Part shown: piece by piece, positions 48,470 through 59,295 of the stretch
Numbering within the stretch: position 1 is the first letter of the stretch
Layout: each line of letters starts with the position of its first letter
From: a virus
Lineage: Duplodnaviria > Caudoviricetes
Strand: one strand, 5' to 3'
Virus record (IMG/VR): IMGVR_UViG_3300001525_000609
Coordinates: 1-64,000 of that record
DNA: 64,000 bases
Translations under genes and position numbers: made by a program
Notes under the pieces: generated by a model
What the model was told of the DNA's origin: nothing
The model's input: the letters and a program-made list of their open reading frames with translations, nothing else
Database searches by the model: none

Positions 48470-48888
48470 AGAGCTCTACGCCGAAGGCGGGGAAGAAGGA
48501 GGATGGCAAGGCTCCTGCAGAGCCTTCGTGCATCCTCGCGCTGAACAAGGGCAACATGGACAAGATGGGCGAGTCCAGGCGCTATCGCGACGCCCTTGCG
48601 GTCATGCAGGCCGTCGCGGATGCGTCGGGAGGCCGTCTCAGACGGGGCGAGTACATGTCGCTCCTGACAGGCTGTCCTCTCAAAGGCGACCCTCAGAGGG
48701 TGTTCGATGACGTGCTGTCCCGTGTGGACATACAGAAGTCCGAGTCCGACGAGGAGGCCGTGGCCATCGCGTCGCGCATACTCGCCACGGCAGACCGCGT
48801 GGGGTGCCCGAGAGAGGCGTTCGCCATGGACACTGTCAGGAGGCTGCTGGACATGATGCTCATGAGATATGACGTATGGGGTGCCTGA
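48466..48888 (+). CDS. Hypothetical protein
   Basis: ATG 48466 overlaps the upstream TGA. Confidence 0.55.
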   Translation: MKSSTPKAGKKEDGKAPAEPSCILALNKGNMDKMGESRRYRDALAVMQAVADASGGRLRRGEYMSLLTGCPLKGDPQRVFDDVLSRVDIQKSESDEEAVAIASRILATADRVGCPREAFAMDTVRRLLDMMLMRYDVWGA

Positions 48889-48889
48889 C

Positions 48890-49270
48890 ATGGGCAGAAG
48901 GAGGCAGGTCCAGCCCGAAGGAGGGATAACCCTCGACTTCGGCACGGAGGCTCCCGCATCGGAAGCCGTGCCCGTCTCGTCCGAAACGGAAGCACAGGCC
49001 CCTGTGAAGCCCCTGACCGTCTGCGAGCAGATCAAGGCGGCCGTGGGCACCGACGGCCCCTGCACCGTCCCCACTCTGATCGAGACCAGGGAGAACGGCA
49101 CGACCGTATGGTATCTGGTGGACATCGACGGCCCGTCTGTCGAGAAGGCTTGGTCTGCATACAAGGCCCTCCGCCCCGTGCCTGTCCGCACCGAGTTCCT
49201 CGACATCCTGAGGGAGATCGCAGGGGATGCGGGCGCTAAGTTCCGCACCATATCCAAAATAGCCCTATGA
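48890..49270 (+). CDS. Hypothetical protein
   Basis: Coupled to the upstream stop; followed by a GC hairpin at about 49341-49372. Confidence 0.55.
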   Translation: MGRRRQVQPEGGITLDFGTEAPASEAVPVSSETEAQAPVKPLTVCEQIKAAVGTDGPCTVPTLIETRENGTTVWYLVDIDGPSVEKAWSAYKALRPVPVRTEFLDILREIAGDAGAKFRTISKIAL

Positions 49271-49531
49271 TTTAAATATCAGTCGGGACATATAAGGTAC
49301 GTCTTGGGACCTCTTGTCTTGTCGGGCGTCATTCACAGCGGGGCCTGCTCCCTTCTAGGGGGCGGCGGGCCCCGTCACCTCTTTTCATACCTGTCATAAT
49401 CGTTATATAGGGCGTTATCGATGTTAGTCCGCCTTCAGGTAAGGTCGGATCGCATCTGTTCCGGGTGCGATTGGGGTTCAAAGGCGGCCCCATTCGCGCC
49501 ATTTTTATATCCTCATACTGTTCGGCATGGC

Positions 49532-52500
49532 ATGACCGATGATAATCCGACTGATGACGAGCAGCTCAAAGAGCTGGACCCTGAAGACCCTAGGCCGAAG
49601 CAGACCTTCGACTCGCCTGAACCTCTGAAATCCGATGTTCAGACGCCCGAGCCGAAGACGCCGGAGCTTCCTCCAGAGCCTGCATCTGAATATAAGCCGA
49701 GAAAGCAGAACATCAGCGCGGCGGATGTGAATGAGGATGCATCATACGACAGCGATATGCACGATCGCGCACGCGAATCTCGTATGAAGGATGGTGACGA
49801 GGATGTTTCGGCTGCCGAAGCGGCGCTGGACCAGGAGCTGTCCAACAGCACGGATGAGCGCGTCAGCGACGACGACAAGGCTGAGGCGGCCGAACGTGCG
49901 GACGAGTACAACCGCAACCGCGCCAAGAAGGACGCGGACCAGGCCCTGAAAGAGCGCAGGAAGGCGAAGGCGTGGGACGGCATCGAAGCTGTCGCAACAA
50001 CTCTGCCCGGGATCGCGATGCAGACCACAGGCGATGTGCTGGGGAGCGTGAGGACGCTTGTGAACTCGTTCCTGTCGGGAGGGCCGATGACCATGTCCAG
50101 CCGGATCCTGGGCGAGGTCATGAGCGACACATCGGCCATGGAGAACCGCCTGAACACCCTCCATGAGCAGTACGGCATCTTGAGGGACTCCGACCCGCGC
50201 CTGACCGCAGACACTGTCAAAGGGCGCATGATGCGTGCAGCTACGAGAGAGGAGATGGAGGGTATAGCGTATGCCAACTCCAGCATCGATCTCATGCTCA
50301 GGACCCTTGGAGAGGACCCGTCGCAGATGAACGAAGCGTCCCTTCAGTCTGTGCAGAACGGCATCGACAGGGAGACTGCGAGACTCAATGAAGAGCTGCG
50401 CACAGGCAAGGACAAGGACGGGAACAAGCTCAATGCGCGTCAGAGACGCGTCAGGCAGGCGCAGCTCAGGCAGTACAACGAGGCCCTGACTGGGATAAAC
50501 AAGAAGGTCAACGAAGCCAAGAAGTATGCCCGTGAAGACTACGCCGATGCGAGGCAAGCCGATTCCCAGCACAGGAGATGGGAGCGCGAAGTGGCCGGCG
50601 TGCAGAGGGGGTTCGAACGCGAGCACAAGGCGTGGGAGAAGGAAGGCGCACAGGCGCAGAGGGATTTCGAGCGCGAGCACAAGGCGTGGGAGCGCGATAA
50701 GGCCGCTGCGGATAAGAAGTACAACAAGGACCTCAGCGACTGGCAGAAGCGTGAAGACGCCAGATGGGAGCAGAAGCGGTCGGACGACAGGTTCAATGCA
50801 GGCACGCCTGCCCAGCAGCGCGTATGGACTGCCTTGGGCCGTGATATCGACCTAGATGAAGAAGGCATCCCGACGGACAGTAGGCACTTGAACCGTCTGA
50901 CCCAGGTCGCGGCGGACCGCCTGAGGAGCATAGAAGGAAGCCTTCTGCCTGGTGAGAAGCCAGAGGACAATGAAGACTATCAGAGATGGCAGGCTGTGCT
51001 GAACCGCGTGTCGCAGGTCAGGGAGCAGAACAAGGCTCGGATGCCGCTGACCGACGAGCAGCGCGAGGCTCAGCGCATCAAAGAGGAGAAAGAGGCCAGA
51101 GCCGCTGCGGAAGCCAAGGCGCAGGAAGACAGGTACAATGCGGGATCGGATCCGCAGAAGCGCGTGTGGGACATCTCCGGCGACAGGACGATAGACCTGT
51201 ACGATGACGGCACGCCAGTAGACAGCAGGCACTTGGAGAGCCTGCGGAAGGCTGTGTCCGACAAGATCTTTGCTCGTGAGAAGGAGCTGAGGGATGTGGA
51301 CGCCGATCCTTCGAGCGACGAGGAGTATCGGAAACTGCAGGCCATCCATGGGCGCATCCAGGACAGACAGAAGTGGAACGCGGAGCAGAACCTGTCTCCC
51401 GAAGAGCGCGAGAACAGGCGCGCTAAAGCCGAAGCCGAAGCGAGGGCTGAAGAAGTCTACCGGAACAGCAACGCTGCTCAGCGCATCGTCAGAGACATGC
51501 TCGGGAAGAAGGACATCCCTCTGGACGAGAACGGCGTGACGCTGGACCATTCGTCTATCAACTCAGTCATCACCAAGACGAGAGCGTGGCTGAGCAACCC
51601 CGCCAATGCCGATTCGGAGGACAGGCCCGTGGTTGAGAAGATCCTGGACGCGTACCGTCATACTGCTCTGACCAACAAGAACCTGGAGAAGGAGTTCTAC
51701 GATCAAGTATCTACTCTCTCTGATGGCCTGGTGAACAATAGCAGGAACTCGCTCAATGCGATAGTCAACGAATGCAGGAACGGTCTCGCAGACTGGTATA
51801 AGGAGCATGGCATCGACCCGAGCACATACCCTACGCCTGCCGAGGTCGGGGAAGATGCATATGCGGAGTTCTATTCTCTTTTCACTCGCAGAGCTGCCGC
51901 AGTCAACGGGCTCGCATATCACGAAGCTATGAATAGGATCCACCAGGGCGCAGAGTCGATGGGGTTGAACAGCGATGCCGTCGAGCGCATCGGCATGACC
52001 CTCAAGACTCTCCAGATCAAGGACCACGAAGACCGTATGAATAGGGGGATGAAACCTGATACGATATCGGACTTCTCCAACGCAGTCAGAGGATTCAACA
52101 TCATATTCAGTAAAAAAAGCCAGAACATAAGAGATGAGCTTCAAGCAAAGATGGATCAGATCGACGAGCAGTTGCGCGATATGCACTACCGCGAATCGAA
52201 GGGCACGATATCATACGAGGAGTTCAGCGAACTGAAGATCCGGCTGAATCGTCAGAAGAACGGCTTGCAGCGCATAATAAACGGTTGTGAGAGGATGCCT
52301 GATGTCCTGAAACCTGCGCAAGTGGCGGCCTATAAGAAGAACATGAACATCATCGGCCTAAAGCTAAACAGGCTGGGCCTCGGCAACGGTTCAGGTGGAT
52401 ACAAAAGAGTCAAGGAGTCTGCCGAACCCACTTCTAAGAAGAAGCCTGAGCTGGACTTCGGAGACAGAGGCAACCCGCTCCCGCCGCCGGCGGTTCCCGA

Positions 52501-54259
52501 AGGGTCTGTACATTCTGAAGGAGACGGGGGATCGCTTTCCGATATGCAGCGGCTTGCAAAGGAGATGAACACGTATTCGGCAAACGGGGAGCTCAGCCCG
52601 GATTTTGTGTATGAGACGATGTTGAAATTGGCCAATTCGGTCCGTGCCGGTGAGCCCATCGATGATGACGCTCTCACGAAGATATACACTAATCTGTATG
52701 ATAGTGTGGATGATAAGTCCAAGCTGGAGCTTCAGAGCATAATCGGTGTCCCCGAACAGATAAATGGATTCTTCGACAAGATCAGGCCTGAGAAACAAGA
52801 CGAAGATCAGAGGCATGAGGTCGAAGACGAAGGCCAGGACGAATCTGATGAAGCATATCAGGATTTAGATAGCGGAAACCCTAACAGCAGATACAGCAAA
52901 GATCTCCGCAGTTTCAAGAACAAGATCGCTCAGATGGACAGGGGTGGCGCAGAGAATCAGAAAAAGCAGGTAATGAGCCAGCTCAAGAGGTCGATTGCCG
53001 ATAAGAATTCGAGCATGGAGGATATAGAGAAATATTATCAGAAGCTCAGGATGTTGGAAGATTGGGAGTCTGAGCCTAAGCACAAGGGGGAGATATTCAC
53101 CAACGAGGAGAGGGCAGAGCTGGCTAAGATGTCAGAAATCGGCATCGACAAATATGTGTATCAACAGCAAGGCGCACTTGCAGATGAGGCATTGGCTGAA
53201 GAGCTGAAGAAGAACGAGACGTTCAGGCTCCAACTGGCCACATCTAACAAAGCTCTTGAGGATGCCAAGAAAGCCCTTGAGGATACCAAGAAAGCCCAGG
53301 AGGAAATGAAGCGGGAGATCGCCAATCTGAAGAGTGAATTGAACAGTGGTACACATGCTATCCCTCTTACACCCCCTGCATCCTCTGCGTCTCCTGCCCC
53401 CCTCCTCGTAGATTCTGATATGGATGCTTTGAAAAATGAAAGGAAAAAGAAACGTGAGGAATATCTGAACAGCGAAGGGCTCAATAAAGATGCAAAGGCG
53501 TATGTACAGCAATTGGAGAAATATCATCGCGGAAGCGCCGATTTCAATGAGAATCTCAGAACGATGCTGAATACCAAGCTTGCAAGCGGCCCTTTGGATA
53601 CAGACCTCCATCCCGAGATGAGAAAGTTCGTTTCAGATATGGTGAATGACTTGGTCGGTGTTTTCAGCGAAAAGGACCCTCAGAAAGCAAGAGAATCGAT
53701 CGATAAGCTGCTGGTGGAAGCTGGTCCTAAAGAGGCTCATGGCTCTTTATACGGGGGCATTCCCAGAACCGTATCGAGCGATAGCCGGAAGGAGATAGAC
53801 GGCACCTTGTTCGACTTGAGCAACTTCCTGCAGAACATGAATATCTGCTCGGCTAAGACTGCGAGAGAAAAGAAAGAGAAAAGAAAAGAGACGAAGAAAG
53901 AGCCCAAACTCATGCACTCCAATATCGACACGGTGCTTCCTGAAGGCCCGATCCGCGAGGCTTTCAAGAAGATCGATGATGCCAGATCGATAAAAGGCTT
54001 TGAAAGTCGCAAGAACTTCTTCGAGAATCTGTCAGAAGAATTGACGAATGAGGGAATTAATGAAGACAGGAATGGCAATCAGATGACGTATAGCTATACC
54101 AGTCTTGATAATGTGCAGGGCAGGTTCCTGAGAGCGTTGTACAACACGCTGAATAATGATAAAAAATATGGCCCATATGAGAATGACAAGGGTGAAGACG
54201 ATGAGGATCTGATTGAATTGGCCAACCTATTATACGATGAATTCAACAAAAAGATGTAA
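49532..54259 (+). CDS. Very large (1575 aa) charged coiled-coil protein with internal repeats; putative virion-internal protein
   Basis: Uninterrupted ORF after TATA-like TTTTTATA (49502). Contains tandem EREHKAWE repeats and three longer repeats. Confidence 0.6.
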   Translation: MTDDNPTDDEQLKELDPEDPRPKQTFDSPEPLKSDVQTPEPKTPELPPEPASEYKPRKQNISAADVNEDASYDSDMHDRARESRMKDGDEDVSAAEAALDQELSNSTDERVSDDDKAEAAERADEYNRNRAKKDADQALKERRKAKAWDGIEAVATTLPGIAMQTTGDVLGSVRTLVNSFLSGGPMTMSSRILGEVMSDTSAMENRLNTLHEQYGILRDSDPRLTADTVKGRMMRAATREEMEGIAYANSSIDLMLRTLGEDPSQMNEASLQSVQNGIDRETARLNEELRTGKDKDGNKLNARQRRVRQAQLRQYNEALTGINKKVNEAKKYAREDYADARQADSQHRRWEREVAGVQRGFEREHKAWEKEGAQAQRDFEREHKAWERDKAAADKKYNKDLSDWQKREDARWEQKRSDDRFNAGTPAQQRVWTALGRDIDLDEEGIPTDSRHLNRLTQVAADRLRSIEGSLLPGEKPEDNEDYQRWQAVLNRVSQVREQNKARMPLTDEQREAQRIKEEKEARAAAEAKAQEDRYNAGSDPQKRVWDISGDRTIDLYDDGTPVDSRHLESLRKAVSDKIFAREKELRDVDADPSSDEEYRKLQAIHGRIQDRQKWNAEQNLSPEERENRRAKAEAEARAEEVYRNSNAAQRIVRDMLGKKDIPLDENGVTLDHSSINSVITKTRAWLSNPANADSEDRPVVEKILDAYRHTALTNKNLEKEFYDQVSTLSDGLVNNSRNSLNAIVNECRNGLADWYKEHGIDPSTYPTPAEVGEDAYAEFYSLFTRRAAAVNGLAYHEAMNRIHQGAESMGLNSDAVERIGMTLKTLQIKDHEDRMNRGMKPDTISDFSNAVRGFNIIFSKKSQNIRDELQAKMDQIDEQLRDMHYRESKGTISYEEFSELKIRLNRQKNGLQRIINGCERMPDVLKPAQVAAYKKNMNIIGLKLNRLGLGNGSGGYKRVKESAEPTSKKKPELDFGDRGNPLPPPAVPEGSVHSEGDGGSLSDMQRLAKEMNTYSANGELSPDFVYETMLKLANSVRAGEPIDDDALTKIYTNLYDSVDDKSKLELQSIIGVPEQINGFFDKIRPEKQDEDQRHEVEDEGQDESDEAYQDLDSGNPNSRYSKDLRSFKNKIAQMDRGGAENQKKQVMSQLKRSIADKNSSMEDIEKYYQKLRMLEDWESEPKHKGEIFTNEERAELAKMSEIGIDKYVYQQQGALADEALAEELKKNETFRLQLATSNKALEDAKKALEDTKKAQEEMKREIANLKSELNSGTHAIPLTPPASSASPAPLLVDSDMDALKNERKKKREEYLNSEGLNKDAKAYVQQLEKYHRGSADFNENLRTMLNTKLASGPLDTDLHPEMRKFVSDMVNDLVGVFSEKDPQKARESIDKLLVEAGPKEAHGSLYGGIPRTVSSDSRKEIDGTLFDLSNFLQNMNICSAKTAREKKEKRKETKKEPKLMHSNIDTVLPEGPIREAFKKIDDARSIKGFESRKNFFENLSEELTNEGINEDRNGNQMTYSYTSLDNVQGRFLRALYNTLNNDKKYGPYENDKGEDDEDLIELANLLYDEFNKKM

Positions 54260-54334
54260 CGATATCTATATATCGGTTGCAATCATGCAACCGATATTCT
54301 TTCCTTAGACTCTAATTTAAGAATACCTTAATCA

Positions 54335-54560
54335 TTACAAAATTACATTGCATTACATTTTCGATGTAACGCAGGTTTTTGTACAATCTTATATAGTATT
54401 TATAAAGTCCCTATATAAGGAATCCTATACAAATCTAAGAATTACATGAATTACATCATTTCAAAACTTTTAGAAAAAAATGAAGGGGAGAGCTTGTGCA
54501 AAGAATTTCTCATTTTTTTAGAACTTTATAGGAAAACATGTAATTCATGTAATTTTGTAA
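54335..54560. repeat. AT-rich iteron element, copy 2
   Basis: Direct-repeat homologue of 36668-36925. Confidence 0.75.
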
Positions 54561-54670
54561 GGCAGTACAATCTGTCATTTATATACACGAGTCCATCAAT
54601 GAACAATAAGATGCATTGGTTGGATCGCCATTCGGGAAAATTACTATAACGCCCGATCCGATGCTCTATC

Positions 54671-55888
54671 ATGGCTACGATAACAGAGATGCTGTCGAAT
54701 ATTTCCGACGGTATGACTATACGCCTTGAGAAAGACTACAATGAATCGGTGGTCGTCCCAAAGGGCCTGAGCGTCGTCTTCGACCTGGGAGGACACATAT
54801 GGACTGCGCCATCGGGCGAGACTCCCCTTACCGTTGAAGGCGCATCTGCATCGGTGCATAATGGCACTATGACCGCCAAGAACAACGCAGTCATCAGAGT
54901 CGGTGCTAAGAATTCCGAATCCGAATCGTATGCGACTCTCGGCGTCACGCTCAACCTCCAAGCCGATGGGCATGTCTGCGTGTTCCTCGGGAAGGGGGCG
55001 CACGTGGACACGTCCGCATCGATGAACACTCTGTCTGAGAACGGGGCTATTCAGGGGAACGGGACTGCTGCGTATTTCGGCAACAGCTGCGTGATCCGTG
55101 ACGGTACGATCAGGTCAGTGGATATTCCGATCTATTGGCCTCAAGAAGGGGATCTGACCATCCAAGGCGGGACCATCATCGGCAAGAAGTCGGGCGTCGA
55201 GATCCGCGCGGGCACCCTTACCGTGAAAGGCGGGACCATCATCGGAGAAGGTTCTCCGACAGAGTTCATGCCTAACGGATCGGGCACTACATCTGAAGGC
55301 GCAGGTATCGCAGTGGCGCAGCATACTACCAAGAAGCTGATATCTGTCGTCATCAGCGGGGGGACGATCAAAGGCCATACTCCATTCTATGAGTCCAATC
55401 CTCAGGGTAATTCCGCAGAGGATGTTGCGAAGATATCGGTGAGCATCACGGCGGGGAAATTCGAGACGATAAATGGCGGAACCATGGCGGTCTATTCGGA
55501 GGATTGCAAGGGGTTCGTCAGCGGCGGGATCTATGCCGGCGCAGTGGATATGACGTTCTTATCTTCGGGATTCGCTTTGTCCAGGCGCTCTGACGGGTCA
55601 TACGGTGTGATCGTCGACCAATGGTATATGCCTGAAGATGGTGCAGCAGGAGGGGGCTTCATAGGCCTCAAGAGGCTCATTCTTTACAAAGAGGTCCTAG
55701 ACTACCACGCAGGCGGAATAAAGCTTCCATTAGCGGGGATGGATGCGCGCATATGCCTTGCGATCAACGCAGAAGGCGGGCCTTCTGCATGGTATGACCC
55801 TCTTGAGCAGCTGTTGCATATCTACAAGAACGGCGAGGACGCAGATGCAGTCTACAAGTCGATAACCGTTGTCCTGCTCGGATACTGA
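54671..55888 (+). CDS. Beta-helix (pectin-lyase-like) protein with a distinct C-terminal domain
   Basis: Repeated G.L.I.GGTI.G / V.ISGGTI units typical of parallel beta-helices. Confidence 0.65.
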   Translation: MATITEMLSNISDGMTIRLEKDYNESVVVPKGLSVVFDLGGHIWTAPSGETPLTVEGASASVHNGTMTAKNNAVIRVGAKNSESESYATLGVTLNLQADGHVCVFLGKGAHVDTSASMNTLSENGAIQGNGTAAYFGNSCVIRDGTIRSVDIPIYWPQEGDLTIQGGTIIGKKSGVEIRAGTLTVKGGTIIGEGSPTEFMPNGSGTTSEGAGIAVAQHTTKKLISVVISGGTIKGHTPFYESNPQGNSAEDVAKISVSITAGKFETINGGTMAVYSEDCKGFVSGGIYAGAVDMTFLSSGFALSRRSDGSYGVIVDQWYMPEDGAAGGGFIGLKRLILYKEVLDYHAGGIKLPLAGMDARICLAINAEGGPSAWYDPLEQLLHIYKNGEDADAVYKSITVVLLGY

Positions 55889-55950
55889 AACCATCAGCCT
55901 GCGCTTAGCGCAGGCATTCATTTTTATTTCAGGCAGTCATTCTCGCATGT

Positions 55951-57288
55951 ATGAGCGATTCGCAGAAGCCTTTGAAAATAATTTACAAACCTGTTGACAG
56001 CCTCACGCCTTATGAGAACAACCCTCGCCTCAATGATGATGCTGTCCCCCAGGTGGCCAAGTCCATCGAATCATTCGGATTCCTTGTGCCTATGGTGGTA
56101 TCCGCAGATGGCGTGGTCGTGACAGGACATACACGCCTCAAGGCGGCCAAGATGCTCGGCATGGATAAAGTGCCCTGTATCTGTGCAGACGATCTTACTC
56201 CTGAACAGATCAAGGCGTTCAGGCTTGCAGACAACAAAGTGTCTGAGAGGGCTGATTGGGATCAGGATCTTCTGGCGATAGAGCTGGAGGGGCTTGGGGA
56301 TTTCGAGTTCGAGATGGAAGATTTCGGATTCACGCCTATGGATTTCGGCGATTTCGAGATGTCGGGCAATGAAGACGACGAAGAGGAAGATTATGTTGAC
56401 GATTCGTCGCATTCGAAGAAACAATCGAACGATTCCGATGATGCTATTGTCGATGACGAGCCCGAAGTGCTCATATCTGCGATGCCTGGAGCTGAAGCAG
56501 TCATCCAGTCGGGCGATATCGTCGAGCTGGGCCGGCACAGGCTCAGATGCGGCGATTCTCTTTTGAAAGAATCATACGATGAGCTCATGAAAGGCGTCGT
56601 CGCAGACCTCGCGTTCACTTCACCGCCTTATAACGCGGCTCGTTTGAGCACAGGAAGGGCGCAGGACAGTGCAAAATATCTCCATAATGACGATATATAC
56701 ACCAATGAGGAGTATTCCAGGTTCCTGAATGCGGTCGCGGACCGCCTTTTGGACAATTCCGAGGAGGCCTTGATCAATGTAGGGGTGCTGAAAGGTTCAA
56801 AAATCGGGATAATCTCGCTTCTAGATGCACACAGGGGCAATTTCAAAGACCTCATTTATTGGAAGAAGAACAATCCTGTGCCTGCGATGGCCAAAAACCA
56901 CATATCCAGTGCCGTGGAGCTGATAATCGCCCTTGGAAGGGACGGCTCCCGCATGTTCAGGCACGATCCCGGGATCTGGTATGGAGTGATTGAAGGGAAT
57001 TGGGCTGGCAACAATCAATATTCAGCCGTCCATAGGGCCACATTTCCGCTTTATCTCCCTACAGAGGTCATAAATCATCTTTCGGACGAGGATGCGGTCA
57101 TCCTCGACCCCTTCGGAGGCACGGGAACGACCCTTATCGCTTGCGAAGATACAGGCAGGACCTGCTATATGCAGGAGATAGACCCTGCATATTGCGATCT
57201 CATTGTCAGGCGCTATATCGAGAGAGTCGGTAGCTCCGACACAGTGCATCTGTTCAGAAACGGTGAAGAAGTGGATGCCAAGTGGTGA
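55951..57288 (+). CDS. ParB-domain DNA amino-methyltransferase (N4-C/N6-A)
   Basis: N-terminal PYENNPRLND...GHTRLKAA...FRLADN. Catalytic FTSPPY, HRATFP and SAM-binding LDPFGGTGTT. Confidence 0.9.
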   Translation: MSDSQKPLKIIYKPVDSLTPYENNPRLNDDAVPQVAKSIESFGFLVPMVVSADGVVVTGHTRLKAAKMLGMDKVPCICADDLTPEQIKAFRLADNKVSERADWDQDLLAIELEGLGDFEFEMEDFGFTPMDFGDFEMSGNEDDEEEDYVDDSSHSKKQSNDSDDAIVDDEPEVLISAMPGAEAVIQSGDIVELGRHRLRCGDSLLKESYDELMKGVVADLAFTSPPYNAARLSTGRAQDSAKYLHNDDIYTNEEYSRFLNAVADRLLDNSEEALINVGVLKGSKIGIISLLDAHRGNFKDLIYWKKNNPVPAMAKNHISSAVELIIALGRDGSRMFRHDPGIWYGVIEGNWAGNNQYSAVHRATFPLYLPTEVINHLSDEDAVILDPFGGTGTTLIACEDTGRTCYMQEIDPAYCDLIVRRYIERVGSSDTVHLFRNGEEVDAKW

Positions 57289-57510
57289 TAGGATGGAGAG
57301 TATGAGTATTCATCACCACTCGACAATATCTATAATCATTTCATAGTATAATTAATTATCGTCATACCATCGAGTATAGTATTGTTTTGCATTACAAATT
57401 ACATAATTACATAGCTTTATCAAACATTTTAGAAAATCAAAAACAGTTTATATCAGATTCGACATAGACTGTTCAGATGCGATTCGGACGGTGTTAACCT
57501 GCAAAAGCCC

Positions 57511-59295
57511 GTGTTCATAGACCAGATAAAAGCCGTAGGACTAGTGATCGACAAGACCGGAGTTGTTCACGACAAGAACGATGTGTTCCAATATCTCATG
57601 GTAGGGAAGGAGGAAGTCAGGACTGTCGATGGGAGGTCCATACCCTACTCTGAGATAAAGCAGATGTCGTATGTCGAGAAAATGCATACAGTCGCCTTCA
57701 AGTATGCGGATTCGAAAGAGGACGAGGAGGACGTTGTCTATGGGAGCCATTTCCCTGAGGAAGAGATTCCCATGTATGAAATGCCTCGTAGCACGTCTAC
57801 GCTCAACGATGCGTTCGATATCCTCTATCCTGACAACAGAGAGCAGCTGTATTATGACGAGCTCCGCGAGAGGGAGATGATCGATATGACGATGCTGGAC
57901 CGCCCCGATATGGGCGTAAGGCCATTCTCTGACCGCATCCTCGCGATGTATCATGACCATATCCAGAGGAGGCTGACCTATTGCGGATTCATGGGCACCA
58001 GGTATCCGTCAAATGATGTGATGGACGAGGTTCTCCGCATCCGTGTCGGAGACCGCAGGAGGAATCTGTTCCGCGAATGGGTAGAGTCTCATGTATGGGA
58101 TGGGAAGCCCAGGCTCAGAACATGCTTCATTGATTACTGCGGTGTGGAGGCTCCCGCCCTTCAGGAAGACGGCAAGCACACTCCTGAAGAGCTCCAGTAT
58201 ATCGGCGATGTTACGGAAGCGTGGTTCATCGGTGGCATAAAGAGGATGTACGATGAAATCGCGCACGAAGTCGTGCCCGTTCTTATAGGAGGTCAGGGTG
58301 CCGGAAAAACCAATGCGCTGAGGTTCATAGCAGGCGATAATGATTGGTATCGTTCCACTACAGCCGATGTGTCTCAGCCTGCGCGGTTCTTGGAGACTAT
58401 CAGGGGTGCGATAGTCGTGGAGATGGGGGAGTCCAAGCAGATCCGTACTTCGGACAATGAGACTCTGAAGGCGTTCATATCGCAGTCATGCGACCAGTTG
58501 CGCATGCCTTATGCAAGATATGACGAGTCGTTTCCCCGGCATTTTATTATGATAGCCACATCCAATATGGATTCCGTGTTCACGGACCTTACAGGGTCCA
58601 GACGTTTCTATCCCCTTTATTGCAATCCCCGTAATGCTGTCAAGTCATTCCCGACGACGGTACGTGGGGCGAGATACCAATACGAGATAGAGCAGATATG
58701 GGCTGAAGCTCTTTATCTGTACAATGAAGGGCACAGATGGTTCGTGCCTAAGAACACTATCCCGCTCGCCAAGAAGATGCAGAAGTTCTGTGCGGTCGAG
58801 AATCCTGGACTGTCGCTCATCGATTCTTACCTGGACGACCCTACGAACAATCTTACCAAGAGGGGGTCCAGGATAACCCGTTCTACGATAATGCGTGATA
58901 TCTTCCAGATCGACCCGGGCCTTCCGCCTACACCTCAGGCAGAGACTATGTACCGCGCATGGAAGCTCGGCACCGACAGATGGGTACAATCACCTAAGCC
59001 CTTCTCCATCAATGGCAAGACCGTGAGGGGCTTCTCAAGAGTATATGAGCCTGGAGAGGAGATTCCTGAAGTCACGTTCAAGATGGTGGATGGTGGGGAG
59101 CCTGAACCCGAAGTCTCTGTGGAGAGCAGGTTCTCTCAGCTTCTCTCGATAAAGGGCATCGATAAAGAGGATGTGGTGATCGATATGTCAGGAATCCCCG
59201 ATGAGGAGATAGAGGAGTACTTGTCTGAGGGCCTCATATACAATCTGGGTACAAGCTCCCATCCTGAGTTCCATGTGGGGTGTTTGGTTGGCTAA
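57511..59295 (+). CDS. VirE-family (virulence-associated E) P-loop helicase
   Basis: WDGKPRL, Walker A GGQGAGKT, Walker B-like VVEMGE, RMPYAR, FTDLTGSRRF, EQIWAEA. Confidence 0.9.
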   Translation: MFIDQIKAVGLVIDKTGVVHDKNDVFQYLMVGKEEVRTVDGRSIPYSEIKQMSYVEKMHTVAFKYADSKEDEEDVVYGSHFPEEEIPMYEMPRSTSTLNDAFDILYPDNREQLYYDELREREMIDMTMLDRPDMGVRPFSDRILAMYHDHIQRRLTYCGFMGTRYPSNDVMDEVLRIRVGDRRRNLFREWVESHVWDGKPRLRTCFIDYCGVEAPALQEDGKHTPEELQYIGDVTEAWFIGGIKRMYDEIAHEVVPVLIGGQGAGKTNALRFIAGDNDWYRSTTADVSQPARFLETIRGAIVVEMGESKQIRTSDNETLKAFISQSCDQLRMPYARYDESFPRHFIMIATSNMDSVFTDLTGSRRFYPLYCNPRNAVKSFPTTVRGARYQYEIEQIWAEALYLYNEGHRWFVPKNTIPLAKKMQKFCAVENPGLSLIDSYLDDPTNNLTKRGSRITRSTIMRDIFQIDPGLPPTPQAETMYRAWKLGTDRWVQSPKPFSINGKTVRGFSRVYEPGEEIPEVTFKMVDGGEPEPEVSVESRFSQLLSIKGIDKEDVVIDMSGIPDEEIEEYLSEGLIYNLGTSSHPEFHVGCLVG

